Assembly: GCF_963853765.1 (NCBI RefSeq) | Contig: NC_088857.1 | Coordinates: 12,834,001 to 12,898,000, forward strand | Source of the DNA: Magallana gigas | Lineage: Eukaryota | DNA length: 64,000 nucleotides | Direction of reading: 5' to 3' | Shown here: positions 24,201 through 36,258 of the stretch, piece after piece | Numbering within the stretch: the first letter of the stretch is position 1 | How the letters are laid out: each line of letters starts with the position of its first letter | Translations under genes and position numbers: made by a program | Notes under the pieces: generated by a model | Told to the model about the DNA's origin: nothing | What the model saw: only the letters and a program-made list of their open reading frames with translations | Database searches by the model: none

Positions 24201-26677
24201 ATGATACCGTCTCTTGTTCTTGTTTTTCTAGTAGTCTTCTCATCGGCTCTTCCGGAGACCGAGAGTAAGCATACGTTTTTCTTTAGTTGTTTTTTTTTGG
24301 GCATACATGATATCCGTTGAGGATCTACCAATGTAAAATTTGTTTAGGATTTTTTCTGCACTAATTATTGACAATGATTAATTTTCGATATATGGTCATT
24401 CACTCTATGATTATCGTCGTACATGTATATTATTTTTTACCAGGTTGTCACGTGGGCTGGATACAGTTTCAAGAAAAATGTTATTTTTTCAGCCACACAA
24501 CGGCCACTTGGTTCGATGCAGGAGTAAGTACTAGGAGGGGCATGGTCACGATTTTGCTCTAATTCTATTTTTCAATGCTTTAGGAAAGCATTTTTAATGG
24601 TTAAATGAAATTTAAGAGTCAGTTGCAGAGTTATTTATAAGCAAGATACAGGGCTCTCAGTATTCTTTAACATGTAAACAAGGCTCGTACTCTGTTTTTG
24701 CTTACAAAGGTTCAATATACCAGTAAAAAATCGTTTTCAAGCTGATTTGTCTATCTTCTTATTCATTTAAAGCATAAATAAACAATATCTAACGTTTAAA
24801 AAACATTCATTTTAAGTTTAAAACTGGAATTTTCACTTCAACATTTCAAATGTAAACAAAAGCTTTAAAAAACTCAACAACTGACAATCAAATCTTGATT
24901 GCCTATTTAAAAAATGCTTTACTGAGGCATTGTGAACATTAAAATCGGAAAAATAAATTTTGACCAAAATCATGACCATGCCCCTTTAAGATTTTTTTAC
25001 GCAACAGCGTGAGACGATTACGTCTTAAAATCCTCCAAACAAAAAGTTTCTCAAACAAACCTTAATTAGAATTTTTTGGGACGAAAGTATGGTATTCTAG
25101 CATGATTTTTTCAAAAACAATTTAAAATATGAATAGAGAAGATTTTTTGGGAGAAAATCAAAACTTTCAAAATATTTGTGCGATACAAGTATAAAACAAA
25201 AGTACCAGTAAATGCTGACTCGAATTCTGGATCTGCAGGTCAGTCATCTGAGGTAAGATGTTCTGCGCTTCTCTTAGATTATGATCTAATCTCTGTTAAT
25301 TGTGATGAACCGTCAAAAAATAAAAGTCATGTGGTGTGAAGGACCGTTGTTTGAAAACCGAAGTGACATGTAACAATACACATTATTGGAGCAACATGCA
25401 GAACAAAATCTATAACAAATTCCATATAAATATGTAGATATATCGTGAATCTTATGATTTTTATCTAGTAAAAAATTGTTTTTTGTTCAAATGATAAAAA
25501 AAGTATTCTTTATTTGCGCTGATAGTGTGAAGTTATTACTTTTTGATTTCCTTCCCGTTCAAATACGTCAAGTGCAGATTTAACATGCTAAAGTTAATAG
25601 TGATTTATAAACAATATGAGTAAAATATTACAAGTATTGTAAAGACGAAAAAATACAAATCAGAGTTTGTTTCTTAAGTCAAATGTATACGATACTGTTT
25701 GAAAAATAAGTTACAATTTCCTTTTATTCCATTATAATAGTCATAGAAAAAAAAATATACGATGGAAGTTTTCTTGAGTTTGCTTTTTGCAGAGCGCGTG
25801 TTCACAGTTCCACTCAAAGCTGGCTGAACCACGATCTGACGCTGAAATATCTTTCTTAAGAAGCCATAGCCAGTCCCAAAGTAAAAGAGCTTTCAAATTG
25901 ATTTTGTGTTGAACAACAGTTCAAAGTAGTTTATATCCAGTTTATGTTTTTAGTCATAAATTTGAATGTATTTTATGTATTCATAAACGTTATTAAAGCA
26001 CAAAAAATCCAGAGCAAATAATTATGGAATGATTTATACTTGTATGTACGGATTTTATTTATCTTTTTTTTTTCTATTTAAAGATGACTTGATTTAGGTG
26101 ACAAATCAGACTCATATTATTGCTTTTTAAAAAATATTTTATTGAAACTCTTATGTAGAATGGAGTTTGGGTAGTAATAGTATAAACTTTCTCTACAGAA
26201 TTTTCATATTTTGCGAAAAAAGTGGGAGGCACAGTTTGTTAAAATCTATATTTTTACATATAATAAAAAAAAAACCTAGCCCCTGGTGCATTAAGCTGAA
26301 ACATGTTTTGAAGGGAGCGATTTCTTTAAACTTCATTGTATTATTTTTGCTGGTCATTTAAATAGATAAGAATATGTGGATCGGGGTGTCGGACATTATA
26401 GAAGAGGATCGCTGGGTGTATTCCTCCACACAAGAGGTAGTTCCACACAATGATTTCAATCCTGGGGAGCCAGGCGGTCACCTAAGTCAGAACTGTGTCG
26501 CCCTTTGGAAGGATCACCACGGAAAATGGGCGGATCATGGTTGTTCTGAAAAGGAATATTACATCTGTGAAGAAGTTATGACGTAAGTAAAGATCAAGCA
26601 AATCTTTGTATTGTGTAGAATTGTGCTATTAACTTTGATTCTCTTGTAGGTCTGATCCAGTCAATGTCATTGGTTGA
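24201..26677 (+). CDS. Secreted single-CRD C-type lectin (perlucin-like), paralog 1
   Basis: Exons 24201-24264, 24444-24523, 25793-25880, 26366-26582, 26650-26677. Translation MIPSLVLVFLVVFSSALPETE-SCHVGWIQFQEKCYFFS...MWIGVSDI...EPGGHLSQNCVALW...WADHGC...YICE...SDPVNVIG*. Confidence 0.92.
24536..24985 (+). mobile_element. Kolobok-like MITE in lectin-1 intron 2
   Basis: TIRs aggggcatggtcacgattttg / caaaatcatgaccatgcccct, with ttaa on the right flank. A 3'-truncated relative lies at about 55245-55565. Confidence 0.75.
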
Positions 26678-27841
26678 AAATCAAAATGCAGAATATTACC
26701 AACGTACCGGAAGAAATCGGTTGCGGCCAAGTATATCAGTATAATTAGAATGTAAATCGATGAACACAATTATGGTATTTGTGTAATTCACTGTTATTGG
26801 ATTGGAATATGAATAAAGTTCAGTATAATAAGTATTTGCAATAAATATTCCATACAATGCATAGAATATGCCTACTGGCGTACATGCTTATTACATGTAC
26901 AGCTGTATCTTTAATCATTTACTGGGAATTGAGTCCCATGTACGACCAAAACAGAAGGACAACAATAACATAGTTTAATAGATAAGTGACAAACAAAACT
27001 GTAAAAGGACTTTTAAGTGACATTATCATTAAAGCTGACTTGAATTCATAAAAGCATTTGGTCGCAATATTAGTTTAGATCGCTCTTCTACTGCCACTGA
27101 GGTATACTAGTATATATATACCGGTTGAGAAAGTTACGGTTGGTTAGTTTCCGATCGAGGCATTCAGGTTGCACGGACTTCTAAATGCATGAACTGCACA
27201 TTGTAGTGAAATGTTTTTAATAAAGAATAAAGGAAACAACAATCAATAAAACACAAAATATGATCATCCTTCGAAAGAATTTCCAAGGTATCCGATTTAT
27301 TTTGCACCGATAGTCTTACTTTGAATGCATGTACAACGAACATGTGTGTCGTTCAAACATAGTACATAACGTCTGCACCTTTTAAAAAAAAACCCGACTG
27401 CACTACATCCAACATAGTAGCTGAAGTATCAAAGTAACATCGTTTCCATTGGTTTCTGCAAAAACACCCCTTTTCCAAAATCCATGCGATCACTGACATT
27501 GCTCTTAGCATTTCGGGCTCATTTCAGGGGCTTATATCTCACTTGAGTTTTAACACCTAATTAATTGTTTCCAAGTTCTTGTGATCAAACTCAAGTGCGA
27601 TATAAGCCCCTGAAATGAGCCCGAACCCCTGGGAACCACTTGGTGGTACCCCTACAGCCCAAATTTGAGACCGCGAAATAATATTCCCATACACTACCCT
27701 GATATCCGTTTGATGCACACTAAAGAGATACGGAAAATAATGGATCACTTTTTATAACTATATCACTGTGAAGTGCTAAAAAAGATAAAAGATATCCAAA
27801 TATTAGGAATTTACTATATCTTACGGTATGTAACGGGATAA

Positions 27842-28170
27842 GAGAAATAATGACGGACCAGACCAGGATTCGAACCCGGGCCCACTGAATCTCTAGTCGG
27901 GTGCTCTACCAACTGATCTTTCTAGCGCCGGTATTCGAACCGGTCTGACCGTCACATTCCTCCCCCACTAAATGATCTTCGCCCTCGAAGATCACACCAG
28001 GCTCTTCCCCTGGCAGGAGTTCACCTGTCAGTTCCAGGGGTTGGCCACGGCACGGGAGAAATAATGACGGACCAGACAGGATTCGAACCCGGGCCCCTGA
28101 ATCTTTAGTCAGGTGCTCTACCAACTGAGCTATCTGGCATATTCGGTATTCGAACTGGACAGACCGTCAC
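27842..28170 (-). mobile_element. Tandem tRNA-derived SINE-like heads
   Basis: Two related units (about 27842-27952 and 28056-28170) with A box tagctcagttggtaga and B box ggttcgaatcc on the minus strand. Acceptor and anticodon stems are imperfect. Confidence 0.65.
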
Positions 28171-28464
28171 AGCTTATTTGGTGGAGGGATAGGACAAATC
28201 ATCCAGTCATTCTGTAATTGAGTTTCATTCCTATTTTTATCAAACTACTTAATATATCAGTGATTTTCGGGCATGACTAATTTCATAGCAATGAACTTAC
28301 GAATAAGTTCTTTCTTAAGATATAACTTAGACCTAAGTATGCTTTGTTAAATGGGCCCCTGTACTAAGGCATCATTCATTTACTAGATCTTGAACTTAAA
28401 TGAACTGATATTGTAAGTAGGTGACATTGGTCTTATCTATCTGGATTTCTTAAAACAAGTGACT

Positions 28465-31400
28465 ATGAGATCGCCTCTTGCTCTTCTATTCTTCCTTTCA
28501 TTTGCTATCCTGGAGACTGAGGGTAAGGTTTTCGTATTATATATATCCATTAATTAACATTCTACGAATACATTTTTTGGGGGGAAATACTTTGACAATT
28601 CGTTGACAATAAATAATTTTCAATAATTATACACTGAATAATAGTCGTTATATATTATTTTTGACCAGGTTGTCACGTGGGCTGGATACAGTTTCAGGAC
28701 AAATGTTATTTTTTCAGCCACACCACGGCCACTTGGTTCGATGCAGGAGTAAGTACTGCAAGTTTCATGTATATTTTTGTTTTGCTTTGCTTGTTTGTTT
28801 TTTAAGGTTTATATTCGGTTGATGTTTGCATTAAGGAGTCTCCACACCTTTGCGAAAATTTTTCTCATACAATCAATTAAATCTGAGTGTTGTTGCTTGT
28901 TGAATATCCATTATATATTAAAACGTCCTATTATTCGAATACAATTACTCAAAGAAATACATTTTTATCGAATTTTCTATTTTCAGAGCACGTGTTTACT
29001 GTTCCACGCAAAGCTGGCTGAACCACGATCTTACGATGAAATAAATTTCTTACGAAGCCATAGCCAGTCTTTAAGTAACATGACCCTTATTTTGTGTTAA
29101 AGAACAGTTCAAAGATTTCATATCCAATGCGTAATGAAGAAAGAAAACGCTCGTAAAAAGCATTGAAAAATTACGGTAAATATACATGTATGCGATTAGA
29201 GCCCCGCTCTGTGGGCGCCATGTAGTGGCCGTTCTTTACTTCAGTCCTTCTCTCTGTCCGTCTATCTGTCTGTCCGTCTGACATTACTTGTCCGGACAAT
29301 ACTTTCTCTCCCTTTAGCAAAATCTGGTTCATACTTTACCCAGAGAGTCTCTTTGAGTAAAGGATGTGCTTGGTAGTTCTTCCACAAAAAGCGTTTGCAA
29401 TACACTGCAGTTTACAGTGAATCATGTTTTAGGTCAAATGTCAAATTCATTTCAGAACTCTTTGAACAAATCTTGTCCTGACTTTATCTTATTTACCCTT
29501 CTTCCGATCTTACCATGTTTCACATAAATTATATTTGTGTAACGTGTGTCCAGCCGAGTGGTTGCTATTATGTATGTGGACACGTACCCGGTTACACCCG
29601 TGATTCTGCAGAACACGTTATTATAAACTGTCCTGTTAGCTTTCAGTCTAGTAACACACTGAATCAATATATTTACGCTGATTATTTTAATAAATTTACT
29701 TAATCAAGATATTTACGACGATTGGTACTTAAATCAAATGTTAATTTCACAGGGATTTACCTAAGCCCAAATCAAATCAACCACAAGTCTCCCCTTGTTT
29801 ATTTAAAACCAATGTCCCTGACCACTTGCCCGGGCTATCAAACTACCCCCTGACCCATGCCCTCAGACATTTGGCCTTACCAAGGGTTCTGGCTACTGAC
29901 CCGAGGTCTCTAACCAGTTGATTTCCCCAGCTCCCTTTCACACTGGTGTTCAGGCTTAGTCAGCCTTTATTGCCAAGTGTCAAAGCTACGGTGGTTGGTC
30001 AACTGGCACAACCTATACTATATGGCATTCTTCAGCCCTACGTAGCCTTTAATCTAATAATGCCTATTCAGCCCTACTATATAGCCTTCACTTACTCTAC
30101 GCTCCTAAAGATGTTCCCAGTCTGGCTGCAGTGATCTGTCGACTACCGCTGTTTATATAGCTTCGGCACATTCCATCTTTACCTCAAAGGGGGAACAGGC
30201 TATTACCATGGAAATACCCTGTACTACCCTATTTTCTGTTATTGGTATGACCTGATTCGTCACATCACCCACCCATTAAAGTCATACGCCCCGTATGAAA
30301 ACAACTACTTTTTCCCATTTTACTAAGCTGCAAACAAATAAGGACCTAAGAATATCTTTCTATAAATCCAGTTCTTACATATTCATTAGGACATTTAAAA
30401 TGTACAATTATTCACAAAAGTTTTTTTTTCTCGATCTTCTTGATCTGTCTTCCATCTTCTATCCATTTGGTGATGATCTTGACACTTTCAGTAAAGTACA
30501 GTAGATCATTTTGGCGCTCTTTGTCTTCAAAGGAAGGTCTGTCCGCGGCTGGCTCACAAGGCAGAGAGACAAAGCTAGTCGCAGCTTTCACTGGAGCACT
30601 TACCGACAACGGCCTAGTTGGCTTGCGGTAGATTCTACCTTCTTCGAGCAGCAACTCTTTTGAAATCATGGATTTCTTCTTGCTCCTCGCTTCAGCCGAT
30701 CGCGAGTCATCATTATCACCATCACTTATATCCTCTTGTAGTAGGCTTTGGAGGTCCCCGGGGTCCTGTCTGACCCAAGAATCTGCATCTGACTCATTGC
30801 CGTCACACTCAGATTCAGCCCATCTGCCTCGCCACTGTTTTCTTCACCAATGTCATGTTGCCTCTTGAGGTGCCTTCTCAGATTCTTGGGAGTGGTGGAA
30901 CTAAAATCTCAATAGTTACAAAATTAGAGATTCTGGCTACAATTACCGATGTGTTTTGCTAATTCGTCATCTCTATTGAACCGGTAAGGACAGAATGGAC
31001 ATTTCCTGTCTTTTTTCAACATAATCTTCGTCTTTGGCATTGCAACCTAAAAAAACAATGCAGATGTAAAACTATCTTTCTAATAACAACAGCTATCAAC
31101 AATACAGATTTCTAAATGTTTAGCTAATTCTATTTCTAAACTAAATTAATCTCTAATAAAATCTGACATCCACGTAGGAGGACGTCTTTCCCTTTTCGAA
31201 GGACCAAGCGAACGCTCATCATTTTGACACTGTTGTCCTAAAGTCGACTCTGACAATTGGTCGCCAATCTGATTATTCTCACTATCAAAATCATCTACAA
31301 CATCAGGTTCTTTCAGTTCCACGATGTCTTCCGGACTTTCGTGCTCAACTTACTCATCCAGCTGACTGGACTCTTCCCTTAATAATTGGGGATGTTTAAG

Positions 31401-34400
31401 TGTGATCCGATCTACGTGGACAATTGTTCTTTACCCCTTTGTCCACAATCTAACCTATTATTAAGTTCTGAGCACTTGCCCAAAATCTTGTAAGGTCCCC
31501 GCCAGAAAGATGTCAATTTTGCAGATCTACCAACTGGAAAGTATACAAAAACTATATCACCAGGGGAAACCTTTCCAAAACTAAGCTTCCGATCATGATA
31601 TGTCTTTTGTCGACTCATCGATTGCTTTGTATTCTTTCTTACTATGCTGTGGGCTTCTTCTATGCGTTCCTGTAACTTCCAAACCCATTGGTTTCTAGGT
31701 GTTATTTTCAAATCTCCTGACAATTTGTACATGAGATCTAAGGGTGTAGTTGTCTCTCTGCCTAGCATTAAAAAGTTCGGGGTATAACCAGTGGTCTTAT
31801 GAACAGCTGACCGATAGGCCTGCATAACATATGGAAGAGATTCATCCCAATTTGTCTGATGGTCGTTCACACAAGCACTAAGCATGGTGGCTAAGGTTTT
31901 ATTAAACCGCTCTACCATTCCATCACTTTGAGGGTGGTAAGGTGACGTCCTTGTTTTCTCGATATGCAGTAAGGCACAACGTTCTTGGAACAAATTGCTT
32001 TCATATTGCCTACCCTGATCGGAATGAAGTATCCTAGGCACTCCAAGTTTCGCAGAGACTTCTTCAACCAATATTTTTGCAACAGTTTGAGCTTCCATGT
32101 TGGGCATGGCAAAGCTCTCTGTCCATTTGGTAAAATAGTCAAATGCCACCAATATATATCGGTTACCCCTCTTTGTCTTTGGCAATTCCCGTAAAATATC
32201 GGTAGCTACTCTTTCCATGGGGATTCCAGATTCAAAAACAACTTTCATCAGAGCTCTCTTGGTAACGTTTGGACCTTTTCTTTTCGAACACTTCTCACAG
32301 CCTGCAACGTATGTTCTAACATCTTTTCTGCATCCAGGCCAATAGTATTTGCTTCGTACCTTTTCCAGTGTCTTTTTATGACCAGAACCTTTAAAATCAT
32401 GGTAAAAGTAAAGTACCTTTCGTCGTTCCTTGGCTGGTATTACAGCTTGTTTGATGGGTCTTGCATCCCGAGTATCATTTTTTTCTTTTTGCTTCACAAT
32501 GTTGGTTTTCACAAGTTCATTGTTACTCTTTGCAAACAAAGATCCGTATCGCAACAGAAAAGCTTTCACTTCCTTGGCTTGTTTCTTTGAAAGATGTTTT
32601 ACAGAGTCTTGATATAACTGCTCAATGTCATGCCGCTCTGCTAAATTACACGAGTCGCTTAAGCTCACCGCGTCTGTTTCTTGAAATTGACCGATTTCAG
32701 CATTCTTATAACCAACCTTTGGCTCTGGGTCTACATTCAACAACCTAACAGGTACAATGTTTTCAAGAGGTCTGACAAATGTTCTGGCTGTCAGTGGCCT
32801 ATTTGTGTCTTCCTTAACTTTAGAGTCTACAATACCTTCGGATTGCAATTCTCTATCATCCAAGGTACACACTTTCCCGGGTACAATTAAGGGGGTTTCG
32901 AGGGGGTTTTCTGACCGTTTCTTTGGCCACTACCCTAAAGCATCCAAATTTACCTTCGTAAAGCACTGAAATCCGTTCATCCTGAAATGACATTACTGTG
33001 GCTTCATCAATTTTCGTTGAATACCAATTTTCGTGGATTTCGTTTTTAAGTTGATCCATGAAATTAAATGTTCATTGAAATGCAATTTCTATTAACATTT
33101 TGTATTGATAGGGTCATTGTCCATGAATTTACATATCCTTGAAACTGTGATTTTCACTTTATCCACAAAAATTGATACCCTTGAATATTAATGAACTCAC
33201 AGTACACCATTTTCGTATCTATGATCATATCAAAATACTTGATCATATCCAATCCCAGTATACCCTCAACCTGAAGATCGGCTACCAAAGCTAACGTCTT
33301 TACAATATGGTTCTCTATTTCCACCTCAATTTTGACTTTCCCTTCCAATGTCAATTCTTTGCCATCTGCAGTAAATACTTGCATGCCAGGTTCCTGAATC
33401 TGTACTTCACAATGATCTTTTACCGCTTTCATTGACACTGACGATAACATGGTAACAGTAGCCCCTTGTCCACTAATATTTTTACTTTAACACCATTAAT
33501 CATGACATATATGAACATTCCCGCTTCATTTGAGCATGAACCAAGTCTAACAGTCAGATGACCATTTGACCTCTTATATTCATACTTCTTCACAGTATCC
33601 CGCTCTTCTGAAGTTTTATTACTTTGTGTATTCTTGACCTTCTCTGGACAGTTCTTTTTATAATGTCCTCTCTTATGACACCCGTAACATTTTACTGCAT
33701 CCATTGCTTTACCTGGTCCAGGTGAGGATTTGAAAGGCTTCCGATCAGACGGTCCTTCGCCCTTTCTGAGCTGTTTTATTTCCTTGTTCATATCTGCTAC
33801 ATTCTTTTCTATTGATGCAATCCAGTCCTTCAACTCTATCTTGAAAGATTTCTCACCAGCTGATGTATCATTCATCAACTGGTGTTGGTAGGCCCGATAA
33901 CATCGTTTGTCTTCTGCCCTAGGGTATGCCTCCAATTCTACGGCGTGCTTTATGGCATCATTTAAATCCCTTGGACGAACTTGTTTAATTCTTATCATCA
34001 TGTCCGAGTCAGGCAAAGCATCCAAGAATTGCTCCATAGCCAGGGTTTCCCGCACTTCAGATGGGGCTTTTGGATAGGCAAGATTTGCCAGTCGTCTAAC
34101 AGCTTGTCCTAATTCTGGGATGGTCTCTGTTGCTCTTTTCCGCCTTTCCCTCAGTTGAAGTCCATACAACTCTGTTTGGTTGGGTGGGGCAAATCGTTCT
34201 TCTTATGCTTGAACCAGATAGTAATAATCAGTGTTATCATCTGGCAAATTTCCAAAGACCGATTGAGCTTGACCACGAAGAGATGCTGCGAGAAATAAAC
34301 ATTTCTCCTCTTCTGTCCAGATAAGTTTACCAACGGTATTAAAATGGGTCGTATAGTCCAACCACGAACCACTTCCATCGTAGGTTGTAGCTTTGACCTC

Positions 34401-36258
34401 CCGTCTGTTAAACCTCCGAGTCTCCGTCTCTTTTCCTTGGACAGTTGGTCTGTAATAACGCCTCTCAGTGACATTACCAGTATTCACCCTAGGTTCAATG
34501 CCATTCCTATTTGTTTCAACCCTTGTATCCATTTCCTTATTGAACCTTACTTTGGGACGAGTATGGTCAAATTGTCTATCGGGTCTAGCATCCGGAAAAT
34601 GGTCAGCCATAGGGCTCCTGGGAATAATCGAAGAAGGTCGACCACTGGCAATTCCCGATTCGTAGTTATCAATCTCAATTTTGCGAGGTCTTGGCGTTAA
34701 ATGCATGACATTTCCTTGCTGTCGGATACTTGTCTCTAGCTCTCTTATTTCTTCATATAGAGCCGTCAGTTCTCATTCCAAGTCAGCTGTTGCCATTATT
34801 CACAATGAAATATAAACACACTAAACCTTTATTAAAGTACCAGAAAATATAAGCACAAACAAAAAATGCATTTTCCTAATCTGCAGAATCCCACCCCTGC
34901 CACCAAAAATTATGTAACGTGTGTCCAGCCGAGCGGTTGCTATTACCGGTATGTACGTGGACACGTACCCTGTTACACCCGGGATTCTGCAGAACACGTT
35001 ATTATGAACTGGCCCGTTGTCTTTCAGGCTAGTAACAAACTGAATCAATATATTTAATCGAGATATTTACGACGATTGGTGCTTAAATCAAATGTTAATT
35101 TCACAGGGATTTACCTAAGCCCAAATCAAATCAACCATAATATTTAAAACCAATGTCCCTGACCACTTGCCCAGGTAATAAAAATTACCCCCTGACCAAT
35201 GCCCCCAGACAGTTGGCCTTACCAAGGGTTCTAGCTACTGACCCGAGGTCTCTAACCAGTTGATTTCCCCAGCTCCCTTTCACACTGGTGTACAGGCTTA
35301 GTCAGCCTTTATTGCCAAGTGTCAAAGCTACGGTGGTTAGTCAACTGGCGCAACCTATAATATAAGGCTTCTTCAGCCCTACGTAGCCTTTAATCTAATA
35401 AGGCCTATTCAGACCTACTCCATAGCCTTCACTTACTCTATGCTCCTTACGATGTTCCCAGTCTGGCTGCAGTGATCACACTCTGATTTTGCCGACTACT
35501 GCTGTTTATATAGCCTCGGCGCGTTCCATCTTTACTTCCAAGGGGGAACAGGCTATTACCATGGAAATACCCTGTACTTCCCTATTTTCTGTTATTGGTA
35601 TGACCTGATTCGTCACATTTGTTTGAAAGGTTTGCCAGGACATTTAACCAAATTCTTGTCTAAAATCTCTTTTTTTTTCTTCTTGCTACTGTTTCTCTCT
35701 TACTATACCCATATAATGTCTCTTTAATATAGGATGTGATAAAAATTTTAGAACTTTAATTCTAAGCCATAGGTCCAGGTACCTTTAGCAGTTTAGCAGA
35801 AGCAATGTTTGAAGAGAGTGGCTTTTTAAAATTTACAATGTTTTATTAATTTTGCTGGTCATTTAAATAGATAGACATATGTGGATCGGGGTGTCGGACA
35901 TTATAGAAGAGGGTCGTTTTGTATATACGTCCACACAAGAAGTAGTTCAATACACTGACTTCGAACCTGGAGAGCCAGGCGGTCACCTGAGTCAGAACTG
36001 TGTCATCCTTTGGAATGATTTTCATGGAAAATGGGCAGATTTTTATTGTACCTCACGTTTATATTACGTCTGTGAAGAGATTGCAACGTAAGTAAAGGTA
36101 AAGCGTGGATCTAAAACTTGGTATTTTGTAAAATTGTTATAAACCTTGATACCTTAACATTACGAATAGCAAAGAAAAACATAAAGATGTATGTTTTAAG
36201 TTAATTTTTGTTGAATTTTTCTGATGACAGGTCCCATCAAGTAAATGTAATTGGTTGA
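28465..36258 (+). CDS. Secreted single-CRD C-type lectin (perlucin-like), paralog 2
   Basis: Exons 28465-28522, 28669-28748, 28987-29074, 35871-36087, 36231-36258. Exons 2-5 have the same sizes and phases as paralog 1 (80, 88, 217, 28 nt). Intron 3 contains the LTR element. Confidence 0.9.
29538..30264 (-). repeat. 3' LTR
   Basis: Direct repeat of 34913-35617 with substitutions and indels. Preceded on the element strand by the purine-rich gggtgggtga (candidate PPT, about 30265-30274). Confidence 0.95.
30412..31040 (-). pseudogene. Accessory ORF3 of the LTR element: zinc-finger plus acidic protein, disrupted
   Basis: ATG at 31040 behind acceptor ttttttag|G (exon start 31046). Translation MPKTKIMLKKDRKCPFCPYRFNRDDELAKHIGNCSQNL*FCNY*DFSSTTPKNLRRHLKRQH. 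A frameshift near 30820-30840 leads to ESECDGNESDADSWVRQDPGDL... and into ORF 30669-30412. Confidence 0.7.
31412..32872 (-). pseudogene. pol remnant: pre-RT region fused in frame to integrase
   Basis: HHCC (YHD..SGH..CEKC), DDE (VATDIL, HSDQG, MVERFN) and GPY (WRGPYKI) motifs are present. No YxDD or RNase H motifs between the protease and integrase. Confidence 0.9.
33154..34796 (-). pseudogene. gag-protease remnant
   Basis: ATG at 34796 with an early TGA and a frameshift near 34170-34200. CCHC knuckle CYGCHKRGHYKKNC. The protease D(T)G site is broken by a 1-nt loss (GAC AAG GGG CTA versus expected GAC ACA GGG GCT) near 33465. Confidence 0.85.
34886..34905 (-). promoter_or_regulatory. Primer-binding site, tRNA-Leu type
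   Basis: The plus strand reads gaatcccacccctgccacca, resembling a eukaryotic tRNA-Leu 3' end plus CCA. It lies 7 nt inside the 5' LTR boundary. Confidence 0.8.
34913..35617 (-). repeat. 5' LTR
   Basis: TG...CA termini. On the element strand a TATA-like ctatataaa (about 35505-35513) lies upstream of an AATAAA (about 35308-35313). Confidence 0.95.

Larger units (their letters stand above)
29538..35617 (-). mobile_element. Ty3/Gypsy LTR retrotransposon, internally deleted (no RT/RNase H), degenerate
   Basis: LTRs 29538-30264 and 34913-35617, both TGT...ACA. 4-bp TSD TTTG (29534-29537, 35618-35621). Internal gag, protease, integrase and an extra ORF, all on the minus strand. Confidence 0.95.

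Noticed and set aside
27842-28170. Functional tRNA genes
   Set aside because: A and B boxes are present, but acceptor and anticodon stems do not pair properly and the units share extended flanks, as expected of SINE-like repeats.
30412-31040. ORF3 as a retroviral env
   Set aside because: No signal peptide, furin site or transmembrane segment. It has zinc-finger motifs instead.
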